NCBI RefSeq assembly: GCF_001194135.2
Contig: NC_068995.1
Location: 40,807,256 to 40,871,255, forward strand
DNA: 64,000 nt
Direction of reading: 5' to 3'
From: Octopus bimaculoides
Taxonomy: Eukaryota
Part shown: in pieces, positions 36,929 through 49,195 of the stretch
How the letters are laid out: each line of letters opens with the position of its first letter
Numbering within the stretch: position 1 is the first letter of the stretch
Made by a program: the position numbers and the translations under genes
Notes under the pieces: model-generated
What the model saw: only the letters and a program-made list of their open reading frames with translations
Told to the model about the DNA's origin: nothing
Database searches by the model: none

Positions 36929-38018
36929 GGATGAATATGGTACTTAAGTTGAGTAACATGCTGTCTTCAATTCAGCTTAGAAGCTACAAAGGTATCAAGA
37001 AGAAAGACTTGTTACAGATTTTGCTTGTCACTGTTTTATGGGGTCAGTTTTAATTTATAGACTAGTTTTATCAAATTCTTGTAGTCTCTTAGGGGTAGGG
37101 CTGAGGGAATCGACAGAAATCATAGTGGGTGTAGTCATAAAAAAATCAAGATTTATTAGAAGCAATATCATGAGATTTGGTAAAGGAAAAACTTAAATCA
37201 AGATGTTAGATAACAATTAAGGGGGCCGGCTGGCCACTAGAAGACCATTGATAATGAAACAGGGGAAATCTTATCATGTAGTACTATAGTTAAATATTTT
37301 AAACAATATTGCTATATTGTATAAAGTTAAAGTTTAGGGTTACTCAGAGAATTATTAAGAAGAATATTATAACAAAAGGATAAAAAAAAGGATAAAATAA
37401 AGGATAAAAAGTTTTTTGAGTATATACCAAACTAATGTGTCCATCTTAGGAATCCCAGCTCCAGATTAACAACTCTACGTATTATGGACATTTATTGGTA
37501 ACTGCACATGACATCTTGCAACATTTTTCTTTCTCATTTTTGTGAAGGACAGCATATACACAGTACGCGACACATTGTTTACCTTATAAGAATCGTGTGG
37601 CGAACGCATTCCACGAAATGGCGACTGATCGTGAGCGTGAATACAACAGCACCAAGGCTGAAATGCATTAACATTATATTAATGCTGTAAGTTTCATACT
37701 GATCTATTTTTTTATTACAGCTCTTGTTTCATGGCATAACATAATTTGTACTGGTATTCATTTCTGCTTTGATACAGAATTCGATTTGACGCTCAGCTTT
37801 TGACGATTCCTCCCAGCTACAATGATCTATCGAACTGTATGGGAGTCAAATCGATGACTTTTATCAGAGAAAAATAGCTTAAAATGCTGTGGCAATTTAA
37901 ACATTAAAAAAGTACGTGAGAAAACAGAGGGCAACGAAGGGATTTGGCGTGAAAATTTTTTAATATCCGGTCAGAATCGGGTCATAAGGTCTCTTTGCAG
38001 CTCAGCTGACCACACCTT

Positions 38019-39945
38019 CCGTATAGCACGCGTAGAATAAGTCGTATAGTTGAGGGTTAAAAATTTCTCCGTCATTTTACGTAAAAATTCCCTCTAGAAA
38101 AAAAAACCAACAAATATACACCAGCATTTAAACTAAAAGCTATTGAAGTTGCTGAGAAGACAAACAACTGTGTAGCTGCAAGAGTATTTTATGTTTCAGA
38201 GAAACTTTTGAAAGACTGGAGAAAGATATCTAACAAACTTCAGAAGATGCCAAACAGAAAATCTGCTAACAATGCCAAAAAGAAAATCTGCTAACAATGC
38301 CAAAAAGAAAATCTGCTAACAGGAAACCCTAGCAAGTGGCCACAATTGAAGAAAAAAGTTGCAGGGTGGGCACTTGAAAATTGGAAAGTGTGTTACTCGT
38401 GAAGCCATCTGAATTCATGCACGAAAGGAATCAAAGAAGGATGGAATTTCAGATTTTAAAGCAAGTGCTAGATGGTGTTCTAGGCTCGTGAGACGTTATG
38501 TCTTAGTATTTCTGCAGAGAACTAAGATCACACAACAGCTGTCTGCTGATCTAGATAATAAGATAATAAAGTTTCATTGGTTTGTAATCAGAAATCAGCA
38601 AACATGTATTAGGAACGCTTGCTACTCTTGACATGCCAGAGAATCGAACTGTGAATCAAAAAGGAGAACAGAAAATATTCATGAGAACCACTGGCCACGA
38701 GAAAGGTAAAGCTACTTTAGTTCTTTCGTGTATGGCTGATGGTACTAAATTAAAACCGATGGTTGTTTTTAAGAGAAAAACTGAGCCGAAAGAAAAATTC
38801 TCAAAAGGAATTGTCATCCATGTGCATCCACAAGAATGGATGGATGAAGGCGGATGTGGAAAATGGATAAAGTTTGGAATTTACGACTTGGTGGACAACG
38901 AAAGGAAAATAGTTTGTGTGGGGTCAGTTTAGGGCACCTCTAGTGAAGAACGTTGTTGATAGCCTCCAAGTCACCAAATACTGATATAGCTGAAGTTCCC
39001 GTCGGACTTACAAGTGTTTTGCAGCCATTAGGCGTTAATATCAATAAGCCATTTAAGAACATGATGTGAATCATGAGGAATAACTGGATGCGTGATGGAG
39101 AAAAAACGTACACGGAAGGAAGTAGTATGCCGGGCTCCATCATTGCCTCTGATCTGCGAATGGATCGTTGATTGATGGAAGGAAATAAAAGTTGAAACTG
39201 TTGTCGGATCATTGAAGAAATGTGGAATTGCGAATACATTGGATGGTACAGAAGACGATTGTCTATAGCAGGGGTTTTCAAACTTTTTGACTTGCGGACC
39301 CCTTTATATTTCAGGCTTTACCTTAGGGACCCCCTTATAAATGCTTATGAAATTTACACATAAATATTTGCTTAAAATAACATATATTTTTACATTTATT
39401 TATTTAACAGTAATTAACAAATAGGTTTATTGTCAATTAAAAGATTTCGATTAAAAAAGATATATAAAATCAAATTGCCCATAAAAAGTATTTGCTGTCC
39501 ATGGACCTCCTGTCTTGTCCTTGCGGACCCCCTATGGTCCGGGGACCACAGTTTGAAAACCACTGGTCTATAGGAGGACATGGATGATGAACTGGATGGT
39601 GTGTTACTTCTAACTATGGATAGCGGAGATGAAGATGAAGAGAATCCTTACGATGATTATGAAGCTTTGTTCAGTGCTGAAGATGATGAACAGCTTGATT
39701 GTTTAGGATTTTAATGACCTTTTGTGCGTAAAATGTTGAAGATGTATCACGTATCGTAATTATAATTTAAAGCTGTATTTTGTAAATTTCTATTTCACTT
39801 TTTGTTTGCATAAATAGATATTTGATAATTTATTGCTTTTTATTGACATTATTAATTATTTTGATATTTCTTTTATATTTTGAGCCATAAACTTCACTGA
39901 ATTTATAAAAAATAAAAATGCCCGTTAAAAAAGGCGTTATAGTCT
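38019..39945 (+). mobile_element. pogo/Tigger (POGK/CENP-B-like) DNA transposon, decayed
   Basis: N-terminal HTH KYTPAFKLKAIEVAEKTNNCVAARVFYVSEKLLKDWRK, second HTH FKASARWCSRLVRR, DDE_1 region TTGHEKGKATLVLSCMADGTKLKPMVVFKRKT..WMDE, GLTSVLQPL, NTLDGTEDD and an acidic tail. Multiple stops and frameshifts. The ends are approximate (CCGTATAGCACGCG ... GCGTTATAGTC). Confidence 0.85.
39269..39565. mobile_element. hAT (Charlie-like) MITE, 297 bp, perfect 8-bp TSD
   Basis: Termini CAGGGGTTTTCAAACT and AGTTTGAAAACCACTG. The TSD GTCTATAG occurs at 39261-39268 and 39566-39573. Confidence 0.9.
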
Positions 39946-40538
39946 TTGTTATCTAGTTCGTTGCTTTGGGTGAGCCATAGTTTACGCTGTAAACACGTTC
40001 GTTACATAACAAAGACCCATAATGTGGAAAGTGTATGGAATAGCATAAGTTCCAACGTGTTCGTTAGAAAAGGCCAAGTTGCCCTGATCGGGAGAATGTT
40101 GCTAAAAATGCATTTCTTAGCAGTGTTGACACGATCTTCTGCTCTGAATTTGTTGAGGTTTCTTTTTTTTTTTTTTTTTTTTTTTTTTTTNNNNNNNNNN
40201 NNNNNNNNNNNNNNNNNNNNNNNNNNNNNNNNNNNNNNNNNNNNNNNNNNNNNNNNNNNNNNNNNNNNNNNNNNNNNNNNNNNNNNNNNNNNNNNNNNNN
40301 NNNNNNNNNNNNNNNNNNNNNNNNNNNNNNNNNNNNNNNNNNNNNNNNNNNNNNNNNNNNNNNNNNNNNNNNNNNNNNNNNNNNNNNNNNNNNNNNNNNN
40401 NNNNNNNNNNNNNNNNNNNNNNNNNNNNNNNNNNNNNNNNNNNNNNNNNNNNNNNNNNNNNNNNNNNNNNNNNNNNNNNNNNNNNNNNNNNNNNNNNNNN
40501 NNNNNNNNNNNNNNNNNNNNNNNNNNNNNNNNNNNNNN

Positions 40539-40581
<43 letters not shown>

Positions 40582-40728
40582 ACACACACACACTCGCACG
40601 CGCACACACACAAACACATATACATATTTGTGTATGTGTGGGCGTATATATATGTATATATTAATATATATATGTGTGTGTGTATATATATATATATATT
40701 ATATATATATGTGTGTGTGTGTGTGTAT

Positions 40729-41404
40729 ACATATTCATATTGATGCAAATATGATGTGTACATCAAACATACATATATGTATGTATGTGTGTGTGTATAC
40801 ATATTCATATTGATGCAAATATGATGTGTACATCAAACANNNNNNNNNNNNNNNNNNNNNNNNNNNNNNNNNNNNNNNNNNNNNNNNNNNNNNNNNNNNN
40901 NNNNNNNNNNNNNNNNNNNNNNNNNNNNNNNNNNNNNNNNNNNNNNNNNNNNNNNNNNNNNNNNNNNNNNNNNNNNNNNNNNNNNNNNNNNNNNNNNNNN
41001 NNNNNNNNNNNNNNNNNNNNNNNNNNNNNNNNNNNNNNNNNNNNNNNNNNNNNNNNNNNNNNNNNNNNNNNNNNNNNNNNNNNNNNNNNNNNNNNNNNNN
41101 NNNNNNNNNNNNNNNNNNNNNNNNNNNNNNNNNNNNNNNNNNNNNNNNNNNNNNNNNNNNNNNNNNNNNNNNNNNNNNNNNNNNNNNNNNNNNNNNNNNN
41201 NNNNNNNNNNNNNNNNNNNNNNNNNNNNNNNNNNNNNNNNNNNNNNNNNNNNNNNNNNNNNNNNNNNNNNNNNNNNNNNNNNNNNNNNNNNNNNNNNNNN
41301 NNNNNNNNNNNNNNNNATGATGTGTACATCAAACATACATATATGTATGTATGTGTGTGTGTATACATATTCATATTGATGCAAATATGATGTGTACATC
41401 AAAT
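40729..41404. repeat. ~70-bp tandem repeat collapsed into an assembly gap
   Basis: The unit CATATTCATATTGATGCAAATATGATGTGTACATCAAACATACATATATGTATGTATGTGTGTGTGTATA repeats on both sides of the gap 40840-41317. Confidence 0.75.
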
Positions 41405-41904
41405 ATTGCCATATAAATGATGATACGAAAGCGATAAGTGTAGAAGTTATGAAATGGCTTTCATCCTTTACTGTAACCCAACGAATATTAGAAATTTACC
41501 TGTCAAGCTAAAGACGGTTGAGCTCAGGAAAAACCAAGCTCTTTTAAGTGGTCACCTGACCTGCTAGAAACACACAGCCTACTATATTATTATAGAACCT
41601 CTTGCATCTAATCTTGAAATAATTAGTTTTTTTCCTAATCGGTTGATGCCGTTTACTGTATCAAGTCCTTGTTATAAGGCAGACTGGATGATCACAGTTG
41701 GATCTTTATTCATTAAGGTTCTGCTTGATCATAGCTAATTTACAAACAAATGAGCATAACTATGTTGTATATATTATACAGCATCTTACAATAATTTGTT
41801 TTCCAAATCATGTGATCAAAATAGCAGCCAAATCTCCTTCGAAATCGCACACAGTAGCATCAACGTAGAGATGTACGACAATTTAGATTGACATTGCCAC
41901 GCGG

Positions 41905-42115
41905 TGAGCTGGCAGAAACGATAGCAAACCGGGCGAAATGCTAAGCGGTATTTCGTCTGTCTTCACGTTCTGAGCTCAAATTCCGCTGAGGTCGACTATA
42001 CCTTTTATCTTTTCGAAATCGATAAATTAAGTACCAGTTGCGTACTGGGGTAGATCTAATCGAATGGCACTCTCCCCCAAAATGTCGGGTCTTGTGCCTA
42101 GAGTAGAAAAGAATA
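41905..42115 (+). mobile_element. SINE family C
   Basis: GCGGTGAGCTGGCAGAAACG..GAGCTCAAATTCC..CTTGTGCCTAGAGTAGAAAAGAATAT. Confidence 0.85.
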
Positions 42116-42183
42116 TAGATTGATATTATATACACACACGCACGTGCATGCACACACACATACACAAACACTCACACGCATAA

Positions 42184-42218
<35 letters not shown>

Positions 42219-44582
42219 CGCGCGAGTAAAGAACAACGTGCACTAATTTCACCATATTCAAACCCAATATTATTGCCAAATACGCTATCTTTGGGATAGC
42301 GTGTTCGCACTAGCATATGTACACACGCGCGCTTCCGCACACATACACCTGCAAAATTTTTACGCACTTACACATGCACTTACACACGCACTTACACACA
42401 TATATACACACACATGTATGCATATATACATGCAAGTACGCAGTGAATGAGTTATGCAGAGATAGGGAATTAGAAAGAACCATGTTTCAATTAGTCCCAG
42501 GCAGGTCTTCTAATACCAGATGTATATCAAACTAATGTTATATTAGTTTTTTGTCTTTATAATCGTTAATTCTTGAGCTTTTCTCGTTCCGCAGGATGGA
42601 GACGCGCAGTTACATCCCATTTACACCTACTCCGATGACATATAACATCCATCAAATCCCTCAACTTTTTCTCCTTTCTTTCTCTCTCCCTCTATCTGCT
42701 CCCCTTTCTTTTTTCATCTACTTTCGCTCTCTCTTCCCTTTTCACTCTCTCTCTCTCTCTCTTCTCCCTTCTCCCCTCCCTCTCTCTTTCTACTAGACAA
42801 TCCGTAGTGGTTATGAATTCTAAGTTCAACTTTAGGCTAGCAATTTTGGAGGGAATTTAGAGCCGTATAGATTAGAACCAACACTACTTGTTGTTGCTAT
42901 TTGTTGCGTAACCCGAGGCGAACCCTAATCCAGTAGATTTATGCATGGTCAAACATGTTCCAGTCAAGACCATCCCCCTTGAGATGCCGAGCCATATGTG
43001 ATAATGTGCCTTTGCCTTTCTCAAGAAGATAGGACAGAGCTGTGATGTCCCTGGTTATTTGGTGATCTTCGTAGATGCTGTTGCTGTTGTTAAGCCCCAC
43101 ATGATCGTCTATGTGGTCATTTGATCAGCAAGAAATAGCAACCAAATCTCTCTCAAATCACACGCCCTAGTTGCGCGTAAACGGTAGGCTAAATATTTTA
43201 ATGGTGAAATATAAGAGGTAAAGATGTCCCCGGTGGAATCTGATCTCTGAACCTCAAGGAATGTGACTAAATCGCTTTTATTTTTACGGATGTCTATCGA
43301 TTGAACGCATCCACACACATTTATACATACGTTATGGTGATGCTGCATAAGTCTTCTTCACACCGGGTCATCCGCAGCATTTATCAAGAAGTGACCATCA
43401 GCCTTCCTCCACCAACACCACACAACCGCCACTACTATTATCGTCACCGCCATCATCACCACCACTATTACCATGGCCACCATCACCATCCATATTTGTG
43501 AATGTGAGCAAGTGTGTATAATAAATTAAGATGAATGGATAATAACAGTTCAGTACATGCTGCAAATATATCAAAAGTACGATAATTTATTGGCTGAGTA
43601 CCTTCCTTCAACACTGCATTTGGTCCCGACGTCGCTGGAAGATGGTGGGGGTTCGCTCCCCTGCTTGCAATATATATCTGGTGCAGATTACATCCGTAGC
43701 CAGCTAGAGGAGGCGTCCTCCTGGAGTTAAAAACAGTAGTAACGTCGGTTCCTACGGAGCAGCTATGTTGAAGTGGCGATAAACATTACTTTTTAGTATA
43801 GTTACTACTATCATCTCTTATAGAGATTTTCTAACGAGCTACTTTGATTATGTGTGTGTGTGCATGTGTGTGTGGAGTGGTGGTATGAGGTGACTAATGG
43901 AAGGAGACATTTACTGAAAACTACTACCGGGATTTGAAGCCACATAATTTTGCGAAAGTACCAATTACATAGTCATAACTGGGGGAGGGAAAGTAGGAAC
44001 TCCAGCAATGCCTGGAGCCTTTAATATAAATAAAATACTGCTGACCCCCCAGCCTGAATAGCACATGTCCCATCTCTCTCTGAGACTGCTTTCCCAGGGG
44101 ATTTGTTACCCAATAAACACTGGATACTGAGCTTTGGTTATCCAAGTAAAGAAGCGTATAAATTATACGTATTGACCAAATATGGAAAATGGCGACTACC
44201 GGAGGGGACAGGGTTAAGCTTAAAAACCTTTTTAGAAGATAATCTAAAAACCTATTCCGTTCCGAAATCTTATTCTACTTCCAATCTGATTAGGTCTCAT
44301 TAGTCTTCTGCAACCTCTCTGATAAATGATAACGGGGTTCGAATTGCAGGTTTTCCGCATGAACTGCAGATATTTTAATTAGAAAAAAAAAGAAGCATTG
44401 AAGAAACTAACGCGAAAATAGAGAGGGAGTGGAATGTGGGGAATGTAGAAGAAAAATGAGGTACAGAGAGGAGAAACAGAGAGGAAAGGGTCAATGAAAG
44501 GGTGTGAGAGAGGAAGAGAGAAATAGAAAGTATAAGTGATAAAGACAGATATAGAGAAGCAAAGAGAGAGAGAGAGAGAGAG

Positions 44583-44640
<58 letters not shown>

Positions 44641-44871
44641 AATGAGAGAGAGGAAAAGAGAGAGAGAAAAAGTGAGAGTGAGAGAAAAGAAAAGAGAGAG
44701 GGATTACTGCAAAGTCGATGGATGAAACGTGCTTTTCCAACTAAATGAAATGTTAATGGGTTGCAATTGTTGCAATAATTACAAGATGTACTTAGTAAAG
44801 TCTCACTGGACTGAAGAGTCTCATATAACGGAGACTATCACACAACACACACATACATATATATATATGTT

Positions 44872-44912
<41 letters not shown>

Positions 44913-45001
44913 CATATATGTTACATACACACACATATACATACATGTTACATACACACACATACATATATGTTACATACACACACGCATACATATATGT
45001 T

Positions 45002-45034
<33 letters not shown>

Positions 45035-45169
45035 CGCAGAGGCAGAAATGGATTCGTGAGTGGGAGATGTTGAAATATTGGTTATGCCACTCAACTTGGT
45101 AAGACACGTACATACGTGTTTGTGCGTCTGCGTGTATGTGTGTGGGTGACCGTGCGTGTGTATGTATGT

Positions 45170-45220
<51 letters not shown>

Positions 45221-45624
45221 AATGTCAAATTGAGGTTATTATTTTAAAGTAAGTTAAAGACCAACAACGGAACAATTACTGTTGGGGAGATTCAATAATA
45301 CGCGCGAGCTTACGTATGTACGTATAAATATATGTGTGAGGCCAGCTAGTGTTTGGCATGTGCGTACGTATGTATGTGCGTGTGTGTGTGTTGTGCGAGT
45401 GATCGTATGTATAATTGCTAGATGTCTCCCATTTAAAGCAGAGACAGTTACAATTTAACACTCATTACTCAATACATAAAGTAGAGAGCGTACAGATTTT
45501 CATTTATTAAATCAATTACTCTTCTAGGACTATTTATAATTCTGTGGCTTTTAGAGTTCTATAAAACTGAGGGAAACACAAATATTCCTGCATCCCTGTA
45601 AGAGCCATAAATACAGTGAATGTA

Positions 45625-45660
<36 letters not shown>

Positions 45661-45671
45661 AGTCTATCTAT

Positions 45672-45709
<38 letters not shown>

Positions 45710-45927
45710 GTGTCTATCTATCTGTGTTTCTAGTTATCAATCGGTTTATCTATCTAACTGTCTATCTATTTATCCATCTTTGTGTGTATGTGTGTGTATG
45801 TGTGTGTATGTGTGTATGGGGAGAGTGATAGAGAGAGATAGGTAGATTGATAGATATTTATCTATATACATGTATACAATATTTATATATATATATACAC
45901 ACACAGACAGACATACATTTATACTGT

Positions 45928-46950
45928 ATGATGGCAGACCCTCAGGTTACACAAGAAATGAAGAGGTATGTTGGTATTGTGGTTATAAAAGCTGAGCATA
46001 GCGATTTAGAAATATCTCGATTTTTAAAAGTTGCCAGATCTTTCGTCTGCAAAGTTTGTAAGGAGCTAGAGACTTAAGATTGAAACGTATCACCAGTATC
46101 AAAGCATAAAAGGCATTCTAAACGCTCTGAAATCATCAGAACACTTGAATTCATCCAGCAAGTTCAACAGACCATTGATTACAATCCCAGAAAGTCCATG
46201 AGGTCAATTGCAAAAGATTGCCATGAGTCAGAAGGAGCAGTCAGAAAGATGGGTCACAAAGATATCAGATATAAGTCTTACATGATGAGGAAAGGTCAAT
46301 TTGTCAGAAAAAACAAAACAAAAGAAAAGGCACTACATCAGATCTAAAAGGCTCTTAAACAAACTGAAAAATCCAGCAGAAGAAAATTTGACTTGGTTTT
46401 TCTCAAACAAGAAAAACTTCGACCAAGATCAAAAAGTAAACAGAAGATGGTTATGTGCAGACCCTTCTGAAGTTCTAAGTATTATGCATGTAAAATTTCC
46501 TGCAACTGTCATGCTTTTAGAGGTTGTCAGCAATGAAGGACATGTGATGCCTCCTTACTTTCCACAAGACATTAGAGTTAACTCTGCCGCCTACATTGAA
46601 GTCCTGGATAGACAGTGTATACAATGGAAGGTCATATATGTTTCAGCAAGACTCTGAACCATCACGCATGGCTCTATTAGCACAGGAAAGGATGGCTGAA
46701 AATTTTCATGATGACATAACTCCTAACATTTGGCCTCCTAATTCCCCAGATCTCAATCCATTGGACTATTACATGTGGAGCGTTGTCGAGAGAGGTCAAT
46801 GAACACACCCATAACACCAAAGCTTCTTTGAAAGCTGCCATAATCAGAGTAATGTCGAAAATGAACCAGGACCACTTGATTAGAGCATGTAGATGATTTA
46901 GATTTCGTATAGAAGCAGTTGTTGAAGCTGAAGGTGGCTTTATTGAATAA
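45928..46950 (+). pseudogene. maT-family (DD37D) Tc1/mariner transposase, near full length but disrupted
   Basis: Starts MMADPQVTQEMKR, then WFFSNKKNF (first D mutated), HVKFPATVM, FQQDSEP-...-WPPNSPDLNPLDY with 37 residues between the second and third Asp, and ends EAEGGFIE* at 46950. Frameshifts and stops are present. Confidence 0.85.
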
Positions 46951-47703
46951 CATTATAGAAATATCATATCATAACCAGAATAATTATTACAATCAAATCA
47001 TTTCAAGATAACAGATTCCAAAGTACTCTCAAATACTTTGAAAATACCTTACTAAACTATTCCGTAATTACCAAAATACATCAAAGTTCATAATTTCAAC
47101 CGGTTTCACTTATTACAGAAGATATTCATTACAATGCCCCTATTTAATGGCTTGCTACTAACATTCATTTCATATAGAGCACTGTATATAACATTGAGGT
47201 TAGTAGCAAGCCATTTTATATATGTGTGTGTGTGTGTGTGTGTACACATAACTACCAATTATGTAGATAACAATTTTGCCTGCTTACAAAAGAATCAATC
47301 AGGGTAGGATTGTATGATTTAAGGCGAAATTGTCTGCTACTTTTATCAGCAGGTCTAGTAACCACATAGAAACAGCCAGATTATCTCGATCTTATTTTAT
47401 TGCAATCTGAGTGGCATCAATAAGTTCAATTATTGACCTACAGAAAACTACTCATACGATAATTAGAACTGTAGAAAATGTCCATTCTTGCCTTTAACCG
47501 AAATCCCCAGAGAACTAATTTCGCGAAACAAAATATATATTCCACGTAGTAATGTCAAACTAACTACATTTGTTAACCTAATTATCTCGCTGCTATCTCA
47601 AACCATCAAGTGATGAAGTCAGCTAAACACAGCCAAACGCTGAACTGTTTTTCTTTTGTCCGTAGGGCCGTGACTCATATATCAAATAATAATTCAAATT
47701 CAA

Positions 47704-47752
<49 letters not shown>

Positions 47753-47762
47753 CACAAACGCG

Positions 47763-47918
47763 CAAGTGTGGTCGTTTGGTAAGAAGCTTGCTTCCTAACC
47801 ACATGGTTCCGCGTTCAGTTCACCGCTGGCACTTTGGACAAGTGTCTTCTGCTATAGCTTCGAGTCGACCAAAGCCTTCTGAGTAGATTTAGTTGAAGGA
47901 AACTGAAAGAAACGCGTC
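47763..47918 (+). mobile_element. SINE family A, 5' half, diverged
   Basis: TGGTAAGAAGCTTGCTTCCTAACCACATGG..GAAACTGAAAGAA. Confidence 0.75.
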
Positions 47919-48034
47919 ATATATATATATATATATATATATAAGACTTTCCGTATTCCCGAGCGTCATACTAATATATACTTTTGTTATTTACACCACC
48001 TGTCCTCGTCTGTTGTTATTTTTTGTATATTCTC

Positions 48035-48074
<40 letters not shown>

Positions 48075-48087
48075 ATGTATATAAGAG

Positions 48088-48700
48088 ATACCCGGCGTTG
48101 CTCGTTATTAAAACGGCATAGTTTGTGTATATATATATATATATATATATATAAATATATATATCACAGTTATGTTGAAACAGGTGATACAAGTAAGTGC
48201 AGCATTGACGACAAAACATTTGTAGAGTAAATTTTAAAGCTTTGCATAAACAACAATTTGAGTTTAGCTCACCAATTTGGACAGAATTAGCATTTTTATA
48301 AAAACGGGCTGGATCATATCTGAAAGCAGATCCAGGTGTTGTGAAGAACAAATTTTTGTACGTGGTCTGTTTCTGAGAGCTATTCTATTAAACCTCTATG
48401 TAATCAGGCATGTTAAAAACGTTGTTTTAATGATTCAACATTAAGTGCTACAGCATGCCTTTGCTGATCTTGAGAAAGTCTCGCCTCTTTTCTGTCTTGG
48501 GACTCCATCAGACGTGCTGCAGCACGTCTCCTCTCCCTTCTCTCTTGCGACTGTATTTGACGTGCTGCAGCATGCGTTTGGTGATCTTTGGAAAATGTCA
48601 TGTGCTTTCTGATCTGAGACTTCATCTGACGTACTTCAGCATACTTTTGCTGATCTTGAGAAAGTCTCATGTCCCTTCTGTATTGTGACTCTAACCTTCG
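48088..48700 (-). mobile_element. Helitron-type RepHel N-terminal relic with sub-terminal motif
   Basis: The minus strand has STPR-like repeats (ESQDRKEARLSQDQQRHA) then SAFRYDPARFYKNANSVQIGELNSNCCLCKALKF..CC (cf. AF.YDP...Y....IG.M...C..C.ALKF..E..G.CC). CGAGCAACGCCGGGTAT at 48088-48104 resembles the sub-terminal motif of Helitron/HINE-like elements. Confidence 0.7.
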
Positions 48701-48789
48701 GTTTTCTGTCTCTCTTTCCACCAACCATTTCCATTTAGTTAATTCAACTTGTGAAACAGTTAACCCAGACACGTTGTTTTTCTTTCTCT

Positions 48790-48945
48790 CTCCATTGTTT
48801 TCTTTCTTTATTCCTTTCCGTACAAGAGCGTAGGCTCGAAATGTCAAAGACTTCCATTTTTCCTGAGCGTTAAGCCAATACATCTTGCTTGCTGTTCCCT
48901 CACTTGTCTCTGTCTTCTATTTTTTGTGTACATTTTGAGCCATAG
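48790..48945 (+). mobile_element. Penelope-like non-coding repeat (family D) with hammerhead-like motif at 48814-48849
   Basis: CTTT-CCGTACA-A-GAGC-GTAG-GCTC-GAAAT-GTC-AAAG. Homologous to 60630-60810, 61300-61460 and partial 47945-48040. Confidence 0.55.
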
Positions 48946-48974
48946 TGTGTATGTGCGTGTGCGCGCGCGCGTGA

Positions 48975-49195
48975 GCGTGTGCGTGTCTATGTCTGTGTCT
49001 GTCCCCACAACCGCCTGACAATCGGTGTTGGTGTGTTTACGTCCCCATAACTTAGTGGTTCGGCAAAGGAGATCGATAGAGTAAGTACCATGCTTTAAAA
49101 AATATAAGTATTAGGGTCGATTCATTCGACTAAAAATTCTTCCAGGCAGTGCCCCAGCATGGCCGCAGTCTAATGACTGAAGCAAGCAAAATACA
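48975..49195 (+). mobile_element. SINE family A, 3' half
   Basis: GTGTGTTTACGTCCCCATAACTTAG..CAGCATGGCCGCAGTCTAATGACTGAAG. Confidence 0.8.

Noticed and set aside
42595-42796. Good acceptor (TTCTCGTTCCGCAG|) followed by ORF METRSYIPF...
   Set aside because: No downstream donor, and the ORF runs into a CT microsatellite.
47195-47215. TGAGGTTAGTAG resembles let-7 (TGAGGTAGTAG)
   Set aside because: An inserted base changes the seed, the 3' half is unrelated, and it lies on the 3' arm whereas let-7 is a 5p miRNA. Treated as coincidence.
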